A DNA stretch of 64,000 nucleotides from Octopus sinensis. Its lineage: Eukaryota. Each line of letters opens with the position of its first letter. Within the stretch, counting starts at the first letter, position 1. A model generated the notes under the pieces. It had not been told where the DNA came from. It worked only from the letters and a program-made list of their open reading frames with translations, and searched no databases. Positions 52,736 through 64,000 of this stretch are shown here, in pieces. A program made the translations under genes and the position numbers. Location of the stretch: positions 125,240,001 to 125,304,000 of the forward strand of contig NC_042997.1 of assembly GCF_006345805.1 (NCBI RefSeq). The letters are read 5' to 3'.

Positions 52736-53015
52736 CACATACACACGGTAACACGTACGGGTATGTACATATGAGAGGCAGTGTGTAAGTATGTGTAGAC
52801 GTTTGGTAATTTCCTTGGTAAATAACAGTAGGAAAGCATCAATCAAAACTGAACTTGACAGACATAACAGCAGAGATTGGAAGGCCGATTGTGTTACATT
52901 TCTAGTTATATCAGTTATACAGGAGATTTGTAACACAAATTTTTTCTCTTTTCCACCATATCTCATATATATATATATATATATATATTATGTAATAAAT
53001 GTATATTTTATATAT
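52210..53015. repeat. ~400-bp tandem duplication (period 421 bp) bounded by TA tracts
   Basis: Units start at 52210 and 52631 and differ mainly by homopolymer-length indels. Confidence 0.9.
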
Positions 53016-53057
53016 ATTATATATATTATATATTATATTATATATTATATTATATAT

Positions 53058-53101
<44 letters not shown>

Positions 53102-53216
53102 TATATATATAAAATGGAGCGTATATGTATATACACATATATGAACAGATATGATGTAATGTAATGTAATATATATTATACTATATAGATTTATTTATAT
53201 GTGCATATACATATAA

Positions 53217-53247
<31 letters not shown>

Positions 53248-53587
53248 ATATATATATGCGTATGGGTGTACGTATAACTGTGTGTGTATGTACGTGTGTG
53301 TGTACGTGTGTATGTGTGTGCGTGTGTGTGTAGGTATTTATGTATATATATATAGAAAACCACGCGCTTCTTCTCTTCTACAATTTGTAGTTATTGAAAT
53401 GCGACCAGGCTGTGACACCGACTTGAAGTGCAGACCAAATCAACCTCAGCACCCATTTCAATCTGATACTGGCTTTATTGACCCGTGTTTGCCGAACCGA
53501 CGACTTACGATGGCTTAAACAAACCAACACCCGTTTCCAAATGGTGAGAACAATATACAAAAATAAAGACACACATACATATGCACG

Positions 53588-53648
<61 letters not shown>

Positions 53649-53879
53649 ATATATATATGAAGACGACGGGCTTCTGTACAATTTCAGGCAATCAAATTCG
53701 CTGACAAGGTATTTGTCGGCTGGCACCTAAACAAACAAACACTGCCCAAGGTACCGTGTGATGATTTTGAAAATGAAACCCCGTTTCAGCTGGTTGTCGC
53801 CATCGCAGGAAGGGCCAGAGTCGATGAGCCAGTGGTATTAATGCTGTTCCATTTAAACTGTTACAGTTTAACACTACTC

Positions 53880-54250
53880 CAGGATAAACATGAGCAGGGA
53901 GATTTCACGCAACCGATGTTCTGAGGAGGGTTGGACGGCCTTAGTTATAAGTACAGGAAGGGTAGATAGGTGCACAAATACTGCCTTGACGTAGAGAAAC
54001 AAATGGGACGATGGAGGAGCGGTTGAGCCTGGATGGGGGAGATACAAGATTAGTCAGCTCCGAGGAGCAAATGCTATTTTGCTAACAGCAAAATAATCAG
54101 AAAGAGAAACAGCATCCTTGTGAGCCAGACACTGGAATGCGGTCTTTGGTGATAGAGAACCAATCAGCCAAGTCCCCCTACTCTTGATGCGGTCCACGAT
54201 GGCAGTGTGTACAGCAAAAGTACAGTCCTAATGGTGAAGCAGTAATTTTC
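53880..54250 (-). mobile_element. Highly decayed LINE endonuclease-like fragment
   Basis: Weak remnants on the minus strand (LTNLVSPPSRL; SEHRL resembling the SDH motif). Confidence 0.35.
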
Positions 54251-54267
54251 TGAAACCTTCACTAGAG

Positions 54268-54429
54268 TCACAGGAGTGGCTGTGTGGTAAGTAGCTTGCT
54301 TACCAACCACATGGTTCCGGGCTCATTCCTACTGCGTGGCACCTTGGGCAAGTGTCTTCTACTATAGCCTCGGGTCAACCAAAGCCTTGTGAGTAGATTT
54401 CCTATATGGAAACTGAATGAAGCCTGTCG

Positions 54430-54460
<31 letters not shown>

Positions 54461-54692
54461 GTATGTATACATGTATATGTGTTTTTGTGTCTGTGTTTGT
54501 CCCCCAACATCGCTTGACAACCGATGGTGGTGTGTTTACGTCCCTGTAACTTAGCGGTTCGGCAAAAGAGACCGTTAGAATAAGTACTAGGCTTCCAAAG
54601 AATAAGTCCTGGAGTCGATTTGCGCTCGATTATAGGCGGTGCTCTACATGGCCACAGTCAAATGACTGAAACAAGTAAAAGACAAACAAAAG
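54268..54692 (+). mobile_element. SINE family B, full length
   Basis: Complete head, core and tail. Further degenerate family B pieces at ~22915-23040, 38960-39190, 53390-53800 and 58885-59280. Confidence 0.9.
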
Positions 54693-54905
54693 TATCAGAG
54701 TTGTTGGGTAGTGAAAGAGATGAGCCAGTCTTTGAGATGTCCTAGATATGCTAAGCATATGCTTTCGGAAGAGAAGGCATTTTCTTGACATTTGTAGTGC
54801 TTCAGCAAATTAGTGTCATAATTTTTATGTAAAAATAGAAAACCTCTGATGAGCTGGTAATGAATGAAGAAACTAATCAATTTCGTTTTTTACTCTGTTC
54901 TTCAG

Positions 54906-54915
54906 AGACAGAACT
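54906..54915 (+). other. Candidate 10-nt microexon
   Basis: Branch-point-like CTAAT at 54873-54877, pyrimidine tract, cag|AGACAGAACT|gtgagt. Confidence 0.2.
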
Positions 54916-56379
54916 GTGAGTAGGAAAGAACGTCTATTTGTACAATGAGACTAATTTTTGCTAATTAAGGTTCCGCACACGACACACACACACACAAATG
55001 AATATATGTTGTGTGTAAGTGTGTGTATATGTGTGTACGAGTGTGTGGGTGCATGCGTGTTCATGTGTGTGTGTGTATGTGTGTGTGCGTACCTAGATTG
55101 TATGGTTAAGATAGTCTCTTCGCAAACAAGTAGTGTGTGTTCGGTCCTATTTCGCGGCACTTAGACCTATTGATTAATTAGAAGACTAGTGAAGCATTTG
55201 AATCGACTTGCTCAAACTAAACTTTTCAAGGTGGTACCCCAGCATGGCCGCAATCCTAAAACGGAAGCAAGTAAATGAAGTAGATTTTTTTATATTTCTT
55301 CATGTGTGTATGAGAATGTGTTTGCATGCGTGTGTGTGTGTGTGTGTATGTGTTTCTGTGTGTAAAACGTGGTTTCATTTTAGTTTTTATGTTTTATATT
55401 TCTTCTTTAATAACTTCTCTCGAGTTGTTAGCAGTTAGTTTGAAACAGTAAAGTTCCCAAATTTATTGCCTATCTTTCTAAACTTTAGTCTAATATATTA
55501 ATGGCGTTTACTTCATAATTTAGTTTAATGCATTTGGTGTTCTGTTTTATGAGATTTTTCTGATAATGTGTTTGGGTTTTTTATTACGCGTTTCATTTAT
55601 ATTGAATTTTTATCGTGACCGCCATATTTATACGTGACAGATATATACGTGTGAGTATGTTTCAGTGTGTGTGTGTGTTTACAAAGTGGGGGGGATGGTA
55701 TATAATATGCCATTTGTAATAAACACTTCGAGATGGTGAGACCAATTAGTCAAGCAGCAATCTTCTCCTCTCCCTTCTCCTCGCATCCCCTCTATTCTAC
55801 ACATTTCTTCTGTCAGATTCATTTAAAGCCAACTTTGTAACTCAACCGATGACTTGGCAATGATCCATTGTCCTTAGAATACACAACATATTCTTCGATC
55901 TTCTCTTGGTCTCCCAAAGGAAGTATAATCATATTTCATTGTAATATGGGTAACGTAGGACAGCTTCTGAGATGGAAGATATATATATATTTGGCTCAGC
56001 TGCTTCTCTTACGTTTCAGCTTACTGAAGTCGACTAGTTTTGCATGAAACTGAGGGAGAAGGAGTTGGTGAGGTGGGGCTCTGCTGTCTCACTTATTTCC
56101 ATCTCTAGAAATTTCTTCCGGCAACTGTAGAATTCTGCAGACTTCAGAATTTCAAACACACACACACATACACACACCCATGTTTATTCCACTTACTCAA
56201 ACACACATTCTCACTCATTCTCTCTCTCACTCTCACTCTCTCTCTCTCTCTCTCTCTATCTATCTCTCCCTATATATCTATCTTTTTATCTGTCCATCTA
56301 CCACACACACACATAAACTTCTACCCTTTTCTCTTATATTTTCTCTCTATCTCTCATTCACTCTCACTCAAACACACAT

Positions 56380-56735
56380 ACATACATACACACAATCACA
56401 TACACACACATACATACACACTATCACATACACACACATACATACACACAATCACATACACACACACGTACATACACACAATCACATACACAGACACATA
56501 CATACACAATCACATACACACACACATACATACACACAATCACATACACACACTCATACATACACAATCACATATACACACACATACATACACACAATCC
56601 CATACACACACACACATACATACACAATCACATACACACACATACATACACACACATACATACACATAATCACATACACACACACATACACAATCACATA
56701 CACTCACACACATACATACACACAATCACACACAC
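56380..56735. repeat. Cryptic CA-rich satellite built on ACACAATCACATAC-like units
   Basis: Recurrent caatcacatacacac motif. Confidence 0.85.
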
Positions 56736-57436
56736 GCGCGCATTTCTCAATGCCAACCCATCCTTCCCGTCCACACACTCGTTGTTTCCTTCCTGCTTGC
56801 TTGAGTCTTTGCGTCTTCATAATAAAAAAAAAACGGAGGAAATCAGTAATGCAGAAATAAACTTCCCACTGAAATATGGAGGAAAGATAGAAAAAAATAT
56901 AATTGATATGGAGAAGAAGAAAAAATATAAGATAAAGGAAATAGTTATTTTAACGATACACATTTTTCTTAAATACACTCCTTGTTTGACTTTGTTTATT
57001 TCTTATTTTTGTCTTATTTTGTGGGGGGGGGGGGTGTTCTTTTTATTTTATCTTTCGTAAAAAGAAAAAAAAATTGCTTCCTGGAATCGATCTTTGTCAT
57101 TTTAATTATCTTAGTTGTCGTTTAATCATTAAACTCTTTATTTATTATTTTTTTCTCTTATATATTTTATGTATTTTTTTTTACTAAATTTGTCTTTTCT
57201 GTTTTTTGCTAATTTTGACCTCTCCCATTAAGGTTCCTCGCTTATTGGTTAAATCGACTGTTCAGCTTGTGAGATCATTTAATCTCTCATTAAGCCTATT
57301 ACCACGGTAATACACGGCAATCTAGCACCTCCCACCTTCACTCTTACAGAGAATTGGAGCATATCTCTTAATAGGAGTGAACTTATTCCTTGGCACACAA
57401 CATAAACACACGCAAGCGCATATTCATATACATACA

Positions 57437-57467
<31 letters not shown>

Positions 57468-57954
57468 TGTATATTTTTACACTACAAATCATCACATCTA
57501 GAATTATAAAATTTGTAAGATCTCAAGATTTAAAGGATGTTGAACAACACAAGATGCTACCAAGCAGGTGGCCGGTCATAATTTATTCTAAATTAAGAAG
57601 AGAATGGGTAGAATTTTCGTACTACATACATCCATGCATATATACATACATATATGCATGCATATACATACATACATGCATGCAAATTATATTGTATTGC
57701 ATTATATCATAACATACATTATAGAGTATGTTATATGATGTTATATTATATCATATTACAATATATTATATTCAGACATGTACGCGAAGACTTACATATA
57801 TACACCCTCACAAAACACGGACATACATTTCCATTCATAATGGAGGAAACCTTCTATGTTTGGTCATTTGACTTGCAAGAAGAAGCAGCTAAATAGCCAT
57901 CGTCTCACAACCTGCTATTTTATTAAAGAAAAGAAAGCATTTTATAATCTATAG

Positions 57955-58402
57955 CAGTGTTTCTCAACCAGTTTGGTTTTTTTACATATGGACCCCTTTT
58001 TATTCTTATTTTACTCGGATGGACCCTCTTGACCATTCGATGTTTAAAAAACCCTATTATACTTTTAGAATTGGATATCATTAAGAAGGCAGCGAGCTGG
58101 TAGAATCGTTAACTCGCCGGGCTAAATGCTTAGTGGTGTTTCGTCTGTCTTCTCGTTCTAAGTTCAAATACTGCCGGGGTCGACTTTGCCTTTCATCCCT
58201 TCGGATGTAACCGACTAGTCCCCTCCTCCAAAATTTTCAGGCCTTGTGCCTATGACAGAAAGGATGATTAAATATCATTAGGAACTGTATTTAAAAATAT
58301 TACAATATATTCAAGTATAACCAATATGCGGCAGATAGATTTTAATAAAGAAATCTCCTCTGGGCCTCAAAGGGTCATGTGGACCCCGGTTGAGAGCTAC
58401 TG
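57955..58402. mobile_element. hAT (Charlie/MER5-like) MITE
   Basis: TIRs cagtgtttctcaacc and ggttgagagctactg. Degenerate 8-bp TSD atctatag / atcaacaa. Confidence 0.75.
58084..58271 (+). mobile_element. SINE family A nested in the hAT MITE, with 9-bp TSD
   Basis: TSD atatcatta at 58075-58083 and 58272-58280. Confidence 0.85.
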
Positions 58403-58809
58403 ATCAACAACTTGAAAATCTAGAATGCTTTTCATTGTTGGTCTGCTCGATCAATGCTGAATAGGAACTAAGCTGCAGCAAAGGGCCAAGTAGAAATAGC
58501 AGTCAAAGGGCCAAGTAGAAATAGCAGTCAAAGCGCACGCGTACCAAGGCCTGTTGTATTAAAAAATAGTATGGTACACTGGATAATGTACTCTTACATA
58601 CACAGTGTAGTGTCACAGTCTTTGATCATATCTATATGTGCGCAAACTCATGCCAGTACACACAGAGCACTCACATATTCAGCATTACATATTTACATGT
58701 GACGTCGTTGTAGATCTCGTAGATGAGACGAGACGATATACTAAAACGTACATGAAATACAATGGCCATTATCGCCATATGCTTCAACTCATAGCATCGT
58801 TATACTTAC

Positions 58810-58860
58810 ATTTACCCGATAAGACACGTGACGTAGGATACAAAACAGAAGCATCCATAA
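58810..58860 (-). other. Candidate 51-nt exon
   Basis: caatttttttag acceptor and AAT|gtaagt donor. Two open frames (LWMLLFCILRHVSYRVN or xMDASVLYPTSRVLSGK). Confidence 0.2.
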
Positions 58861-59299
58861 CTAAAAAAATTGTTTTTAATTTCATCCAGGCTGCCCGGGT
58901 TCGATGCCCTGGCTGCGTGGTAAGACGGTTACTTTTTTCCAGCCACATGGTTCCAGGTTCAGTGACACCTACGTCAAGTGTCTACTGCTATATCCACGGG
59001 CGGACCAAAGCCTTCTGAGTGGATGTGGTAAACGGAAAATAAAAGACGCCCGTCGTATGAGCTGGAGGTGCCTTTAGTTTTGTGTTTGTCCTCAACCACC
59101 GCTTGTGGTTTATTTGCATCCCTGTAACTTAGCTGTTTGACAAAAGATAACCGATAAAATTAGCACCAGGTTTAAAAGATAAGCAGTGGGGTAGATTCGT
59201 TCGACTAAACTCTTTAGACGCTGCCCCAGCATGGCGGCAGTACAATCACTGAAACAAGACGTAGACAAAAGAGAAAAGATATGTATAAGTGTATATATA

Positions 59300-60330
59300 G
59301 TAGTTCCTTTGTGTACAATCAGAGCACGACTGCTGTAAGCATTTGCTAACTGTGGACATAATGTAATAAATTGTTCCTTTGAAGAACCGTTGTGGATCTG
59401 CGTCTAAATATACTAGGAACACCCACTGCAGTGGATGCAAACAGATACAATGGCCCGTATGTGTGTGTGTACAAATGATTTTTGTTCTGTTTATAATTGG
59501 AAACATGTCTTTGCTGTTCGTGTCTCATACTTTTTATTTCTGTTTTCATATTTTTTCATTAGTTCTTTACATTTCCTTTAGAGAATTGTTCTGTTCTTTA
59601 CACATAGAACAATGCTTCTTTTATTCCGTAGGTTTCTTTCAGAAGTTCGTCAGTTGTGGTGGGGAAATCTACACGCTAATCTGAGTAAGGATTTCACAAC
59701 TGTTATTGTAAACTTTTATATACATTCGCTATTTTCATGGATCTATAGAAATGTATTAGTTATTTAAATGTATAGCTATAAGTGTTTAAATTCTCATTCT
59801 TATATTTTAAATCGTCAATAACGGTTTTACAAACAAATAAACCAGGCTAAAAGAAAACAATACAAAAGCAATTTCAACACAACAGATAAAACAGACGTAA
59901 CGCATAACAGAAAAAAAAAATCAGATCATATAGAACATGTACCAAATGCACTCCAGCTGTAGCATAGATGAACACGTTATCAACAAATAGTTGAAACAAA
60001 GCATAACATGTAGTACATCTAATCATAAAGTTACAGTAATAAAATATTACAAGGAAACTAAAATTATAAATCATCTCATCAACAACAAACTACAAGCCTC
60101 CAAGCAGCTGAGCAAAACATCAAATGACTAATGTAATTTACAACTTTGCATGCAAACATAAAAAGTTGTAAATTCATGACTATCGGCAGCTGACCATGTA
60201 TATACAAGAATATGCCGTTACAGAACATTAATATTAGGCAACACAAAACAAAAGTAGAACTAGTCAGAAAAGCGTTTGTTGATGTTGATAACAAATCTAT
60301 CACTGAAAAAAATCTACGAGATTAATCGTG
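59300..60330 (-). pseudogene. Decayed intronless rhodopsin-family (peptide-receptor-like) GPCR remnant
   Basis: Minus frames give segments in order. TM2-TM3-like: STSTNAFLTSSTFVLCCLIL...FACKVVNYISHLMFCSAAWRLVV (60079-60303). TM6-like: RTKII...CICLHPLQWVFLV. TM7/H8-like: TIYYIMSTVSKCLQQ (59246-59506). Many stops. Motif resemblance only. Confidence 0.4.
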
Positions 60331-60538
60331 GAAGATAGCGAAATACAGTGAAAATGAAATAAAATTTAACATTGAGATATCGCCTTTGTAACAAACTATT
60401 GGTTGAAAGAGTGTGGTTTTAGCTGTCGAATTGGCTCCTATTTAGTAACATCAGGGACACGAGATCAATGCTATAGATTTTCATTTTTTTTTTTTTTCGT
60501 ACAATAAAAAAGCAGAAACCATCACAACTAACAAATGT

Positions 60539-60922
60539 TCTTTTCTACTCTAAGCAACAGGCCCGAAATCTTTTGATTGAATCGACCCCGGTACACAACT
60601 GGTATTTAATTTATCGACCCCAAAAGGATGAAAGGCAAAGTCGGCCTCAGCGGAATTTGAACTCACAACTTAAAGACAGGCGAAATACCTATTTCTTTAC
60701 TACCCACAAGGGGCTAAACACAGAGGAGACAAACAAGGACAGACAAACGGATTAAGTCGATTATATCAACCCCATTGTGTAAATGGTACTTAATTTATCG
60801 ACCCCGAAAGGATGAAAGGCAAAGTCGACTTCGGCAGATTTTGAACTCAGAACGTAACGGCGGACGAAATACGACTACCCATTTCGCCCGGCGTGCTAAC
60901 GCTTCTGTCAGCTCGCCGCCTT
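60539..60922 (-). mobile_element. Dimeric SINE family A (head-body-tail2-body-tail1) within one 15-bp TSD
   Basis: TSD acaactaacaaatgt at 60524-60538 and 60923-60937. Internal junction aagaaatag|gtatttcg near 60690. Confidence 0.9.
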
Positions 60923-61185
60923 ACAACTAACAAATGTCGTTTGCTCAAAACTGACCCGGGACTACACAGCGAAACAGCAAAATCAAAGTAGAGAAATATC
61001 CATCAAGAGATTCGAAATATGGCTGCTCGACCTGCTAAAATTAGCTACCAAGTCACCTTCAAGATATTGGACACTCGTCTTTACAAAAAGAAAACGTTAA
61101 ATATATTATGATGTCCAGGATATCCCAAAACTGACAGGATGGTCACAGCTGGAATGAACTTCTTTATACATTAATTTATAAGTCA

Positions 61186-61550
61186 ACCCGGCGTGCTAAT
61201 GTTGCTTAGCGGTATTTCGTCTGCCGTTACGTTCTGAGATCAAATTCCGCCGGGGGTCGATAAATTAAGTACCAGTTACGCACTGGGGTCGATGTAATCG
61301 ACGTAATCCGTGTGTCTGTCCTTGTTTGTCCTCTCTGTGTTTAGCCCCTTGTGGGTAGTAAAGAAATAGGTATTTCGTCTGCCGTTACGTTTTGAGTTCA
61401 AATTCCGCCGAGGTTGACTTTGCCTTTCATCCCTTCGGGGTCGATAAATTAAGTACCAGTTACGCACTGGGGTAGATGTAATCGACTTAATCCTTTTATC
61501 TGTCCTTGTTTGTCCCCTCTATGTTTACCCCTTGTGGGCAATAAAGAAAA
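61186..61550 (+). mobile_element. Dimeric SINE family A (body-tail2-body-tail2) with inverted 5' head fragment
   Basis: Junction aagaaatag|gtatttcgtctgcc near 61369. cccggcgtgctaa at ~61186 is the reverse complement of the head sequence. Confidence 0.85.
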
Positions 61551-61803
61551 AAATATTTATTTAGCTAAGGAGACAACCATGATCGGTCTGCTAAAAATGA
61601 CAGCGCAAATTATTCAAATCACATCTTGGATTAGTGGTGCCCAGACTAACAAATAGCAACCCCCACACCGCCCCACAAATTCCTAAGTAAATATTGTACT
61701 GCCTCACTTCTCTGTTATCGAGATGAAAAAATTACATTTGCATTCAAATCAGTATTTTTCGCCATGGGGCTCAAAAAGTTTTAAAAGTTTAAAAGGATGT
61801 AAT

Positions 61804-62137
61804 TTTGGTTCTATATTTAAGAGATGAGGAATCATGTACACTGTTTACATTATTTACATTCGACGGCTATTTGCCCACGGTCATATGGCCTTATGGTTAA
61901 GAGCACGAGCTACTAACCCTAAGATTCCGAATTCGATTCCAAGCAGTGACCTGAACACTAACAATAATAATAATAATAATAATAATAACATCGAAAAATA
62001 CCTTAGGAATGAGAACCCAGGTTCGAAATTTCCCCAAGACTCTTGATGAAGGCTGGAGGGTATATCAGCGGAAACTTTGTGTTAACAACAAACAAGATGA
62101 AGACAAATATCCGTCAAATGTAAATAATGTAAATAAT
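61804..62137 (+). mobile_element. Family H1: tRNA-like head, (AAT)n, then a hammerhead-bearing 3' module, preceded by an inverted copy of its own 3' end
   Basis: A-box-like tggccttatgg (61886-61896), B-box-like attcgattcc (61931-61940), hammerhead-like fold at 62038-62083. 61845-61873 is complementary to 62104-62133. Confidence 0.8.
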
Positions 62138-63076
62138 GGTGTTAATTTGATTAAACGTAGTAGCTTGTCAATTTTTATCAATCCCTACCAAGGAGCTTGA
62201 GAGCTAGAAGTAATACTTCCTTAAGTGGACTCCCGTACTACTAAAAAAAGGCAACTAAATCTATACACCCAAAATTATACCCTACCGTCTTCAGATAGGA
62301 AGGACACATTGGATAATATAACCACTATAACTAGAAGACAGACAGGATAGTCATGGCTGGAATGCTTTTGATGAAAGGTCTACACGCACAACGCTGATTC
62401 GAGACTAAATAATAACAACAATAGAAATTTCAACAACAACAACGAGAGCCAACTCAACAACTGCAATGATAGATAGCCACCTTCACAACCACAACGATAG
62501 CAACTTCATATCCAAGATAAAATTGGAATGATCTAGGCACTTGAAACAACATAAGAACATTGGTTTCCCAATCACGATACCAAATACTAATAGGAATATA
62601 AGAAAATTCCTCATTAAAAGTTATAAACGTTGAGCAGAATCATTTTTTAAATTCTGACAGACACACAAGCGCGCACGCACATATATACATATATACATAT
62701 ATACTTATACATATATATATATATATGTATGTATGTATGTGTGTGTGTATATATATATATATATTATATATATATATATATATAATATATATATATTAGT
62801 GTGTGTTTACGTACCAGATCTTCCTTTTAAAGAAATTTATTAAACGGTCGAATGAATCTTATTTCAATAATCTTATATTCTTCTTTTTCCATTTTGCGTA
62901 TTCCTCGCTAACTTTTTTTTCCGAGGAAGTACTGTATATAAAGTAAATTAAGTAGATACTTATCAATACTCTCTGGAAATACTTATTTATCCAAGAAAAT
63001 GGTTATTTATTCAACGAACATACATATATATATAATATATATATATATATACATAACTATATACATAGAAGTACAA

Positions 63077-63143
<67 letters not shown>

Positions 63144-63517
63144 AATATATGCATAAATATATACATAAAAGTACAAATATATAGGTATACATATATATAT
63201 ATATATACTTTCACACACAGACATAATTATGCATGTGTGTGTCTGTTTATATGTTTGTGCCAGCATTATTAAATGCTTCCGTGTATATGAGTGTGTGTGT
63301 TTGTCTCTATGATGTGTATATTCGGAGACAAGTAGACAGTATTAGAAATTATCTGCAGCAGCTGTAAATTTCTTCATTAGAAAAATGTTTTGATATTTGT
63401 TCATCTCTTTCAGTCACATATTTGTTTTATGTATAATTTTTCTTACTTTTCTTGCGTTTTTGTACGTTTCTTACTTTCTATATTTCCCTTGTGATTTTCC
63501 AGATGACACAGACTTAC

Positions 63518-63545
63518 CAAATATGGTAAAATTATAGAACTGATG
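63518..63545 (-). other. Candidate 28-nt exon
   Basis: tgtttgtttaatttcttgtag acceptor and TTG|gtaagt donor. Confidence 0.2.
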
Positions 63546-64000
63546 CTACAAGAAATTAAACAAACATATATTTCTATAGTAATGTCTAAAGAAACATAAT
63601 TAAATATAACAACGAACAATCCGATGTAACAGTTCTAAGTTGTGTGACCTTTAGATATTATTGATGAAACTAGGGATTTGAAATTATTAGAAATGTGGTG
63701 TTTTGTCATTCGAGAATTTCTCACTAATAATAACTATTTGATAAAAATATCAACCGAGAATTGAAACCGAGTTCAACTAGCAAACACAGCTACAATAAAA
63801 CACATAGTCTGTCTTTCATAGAATTCGCCTTTGGATTTGTTGGGAACGTAAAGTAGAATTTTAGGACTATGAAAATAGATCCCATAAATTTATTATACAT
63901 TTTTGTTATTATTTAGAATAAGCAGTAATGACTTTCTCAGGCTCTATATCAGGCTAATGGCATTAATACATCTGATGAAAGTTACGTGAATGGAAAGAAG

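Noticed and set aside
56015-56065. Minus-strand mini-exon reading FHAKLVDF (kinase-like)
   Set aside because: Too short to be informative, the kinase DFG is not present, and the surrounding sequence may be a repeat remnant.
61874-61951. tRNA gene (also the heads of SINE families A, B and C)
   Set aside because: Only A/B-box-like motifs remain, the acceptor stem does not pair, and each head runs into SINE body sequence.

Overview
Eukaryotic, very AT-rich, repeat-saturated genomic DNA. The SINE, LINE and mariner repertoire looks like an octopus or other coleoid cephalopod; this is inferred from repeat recognition, not shown directly. No prokaryotic features, CRISPR array, rRNA or genuine tRNA gene were found, and no host protein-coding gene can be called confidently. 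Most ORFs in the supplied track are translations of microsatellites. Supported content: two R4/Dong-clade non-LTR retrotransposon copies joined through a trinucleotide microsatellite (1-3850); CR1-like LINE remnants, including a young 5'-truncated copy with one frameshift (48157-50990); two full-length dead mariners; Tc1/mariner and hAT MITEs; a small Helitron; and about 20 copies of three tRNA-derived SINE families. The most interesting signal is a set of short non-coding elements from about four sequence families that fold into type I hammerhead ribozyme motifs (near 3.0-3.3, 10.2, 32.6, 45.3-45.6, 46.7 and 62.0 kb). Several occur as inverted partial duplications beside microsatellites, the architecture of Penelope-like elements and retrozymes. 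The motif at 10218-10324 keeps the catalytic core, and another family joins a tRNA-like Pol III head to a hammerhead-bearing tail. Also present are SINE dimers with recurrent junctions, a templated 94-bp insertion, a decayed intronless GPCR-like remnant (59.3-60.3 kb) and a few low-confidence candidate exons.
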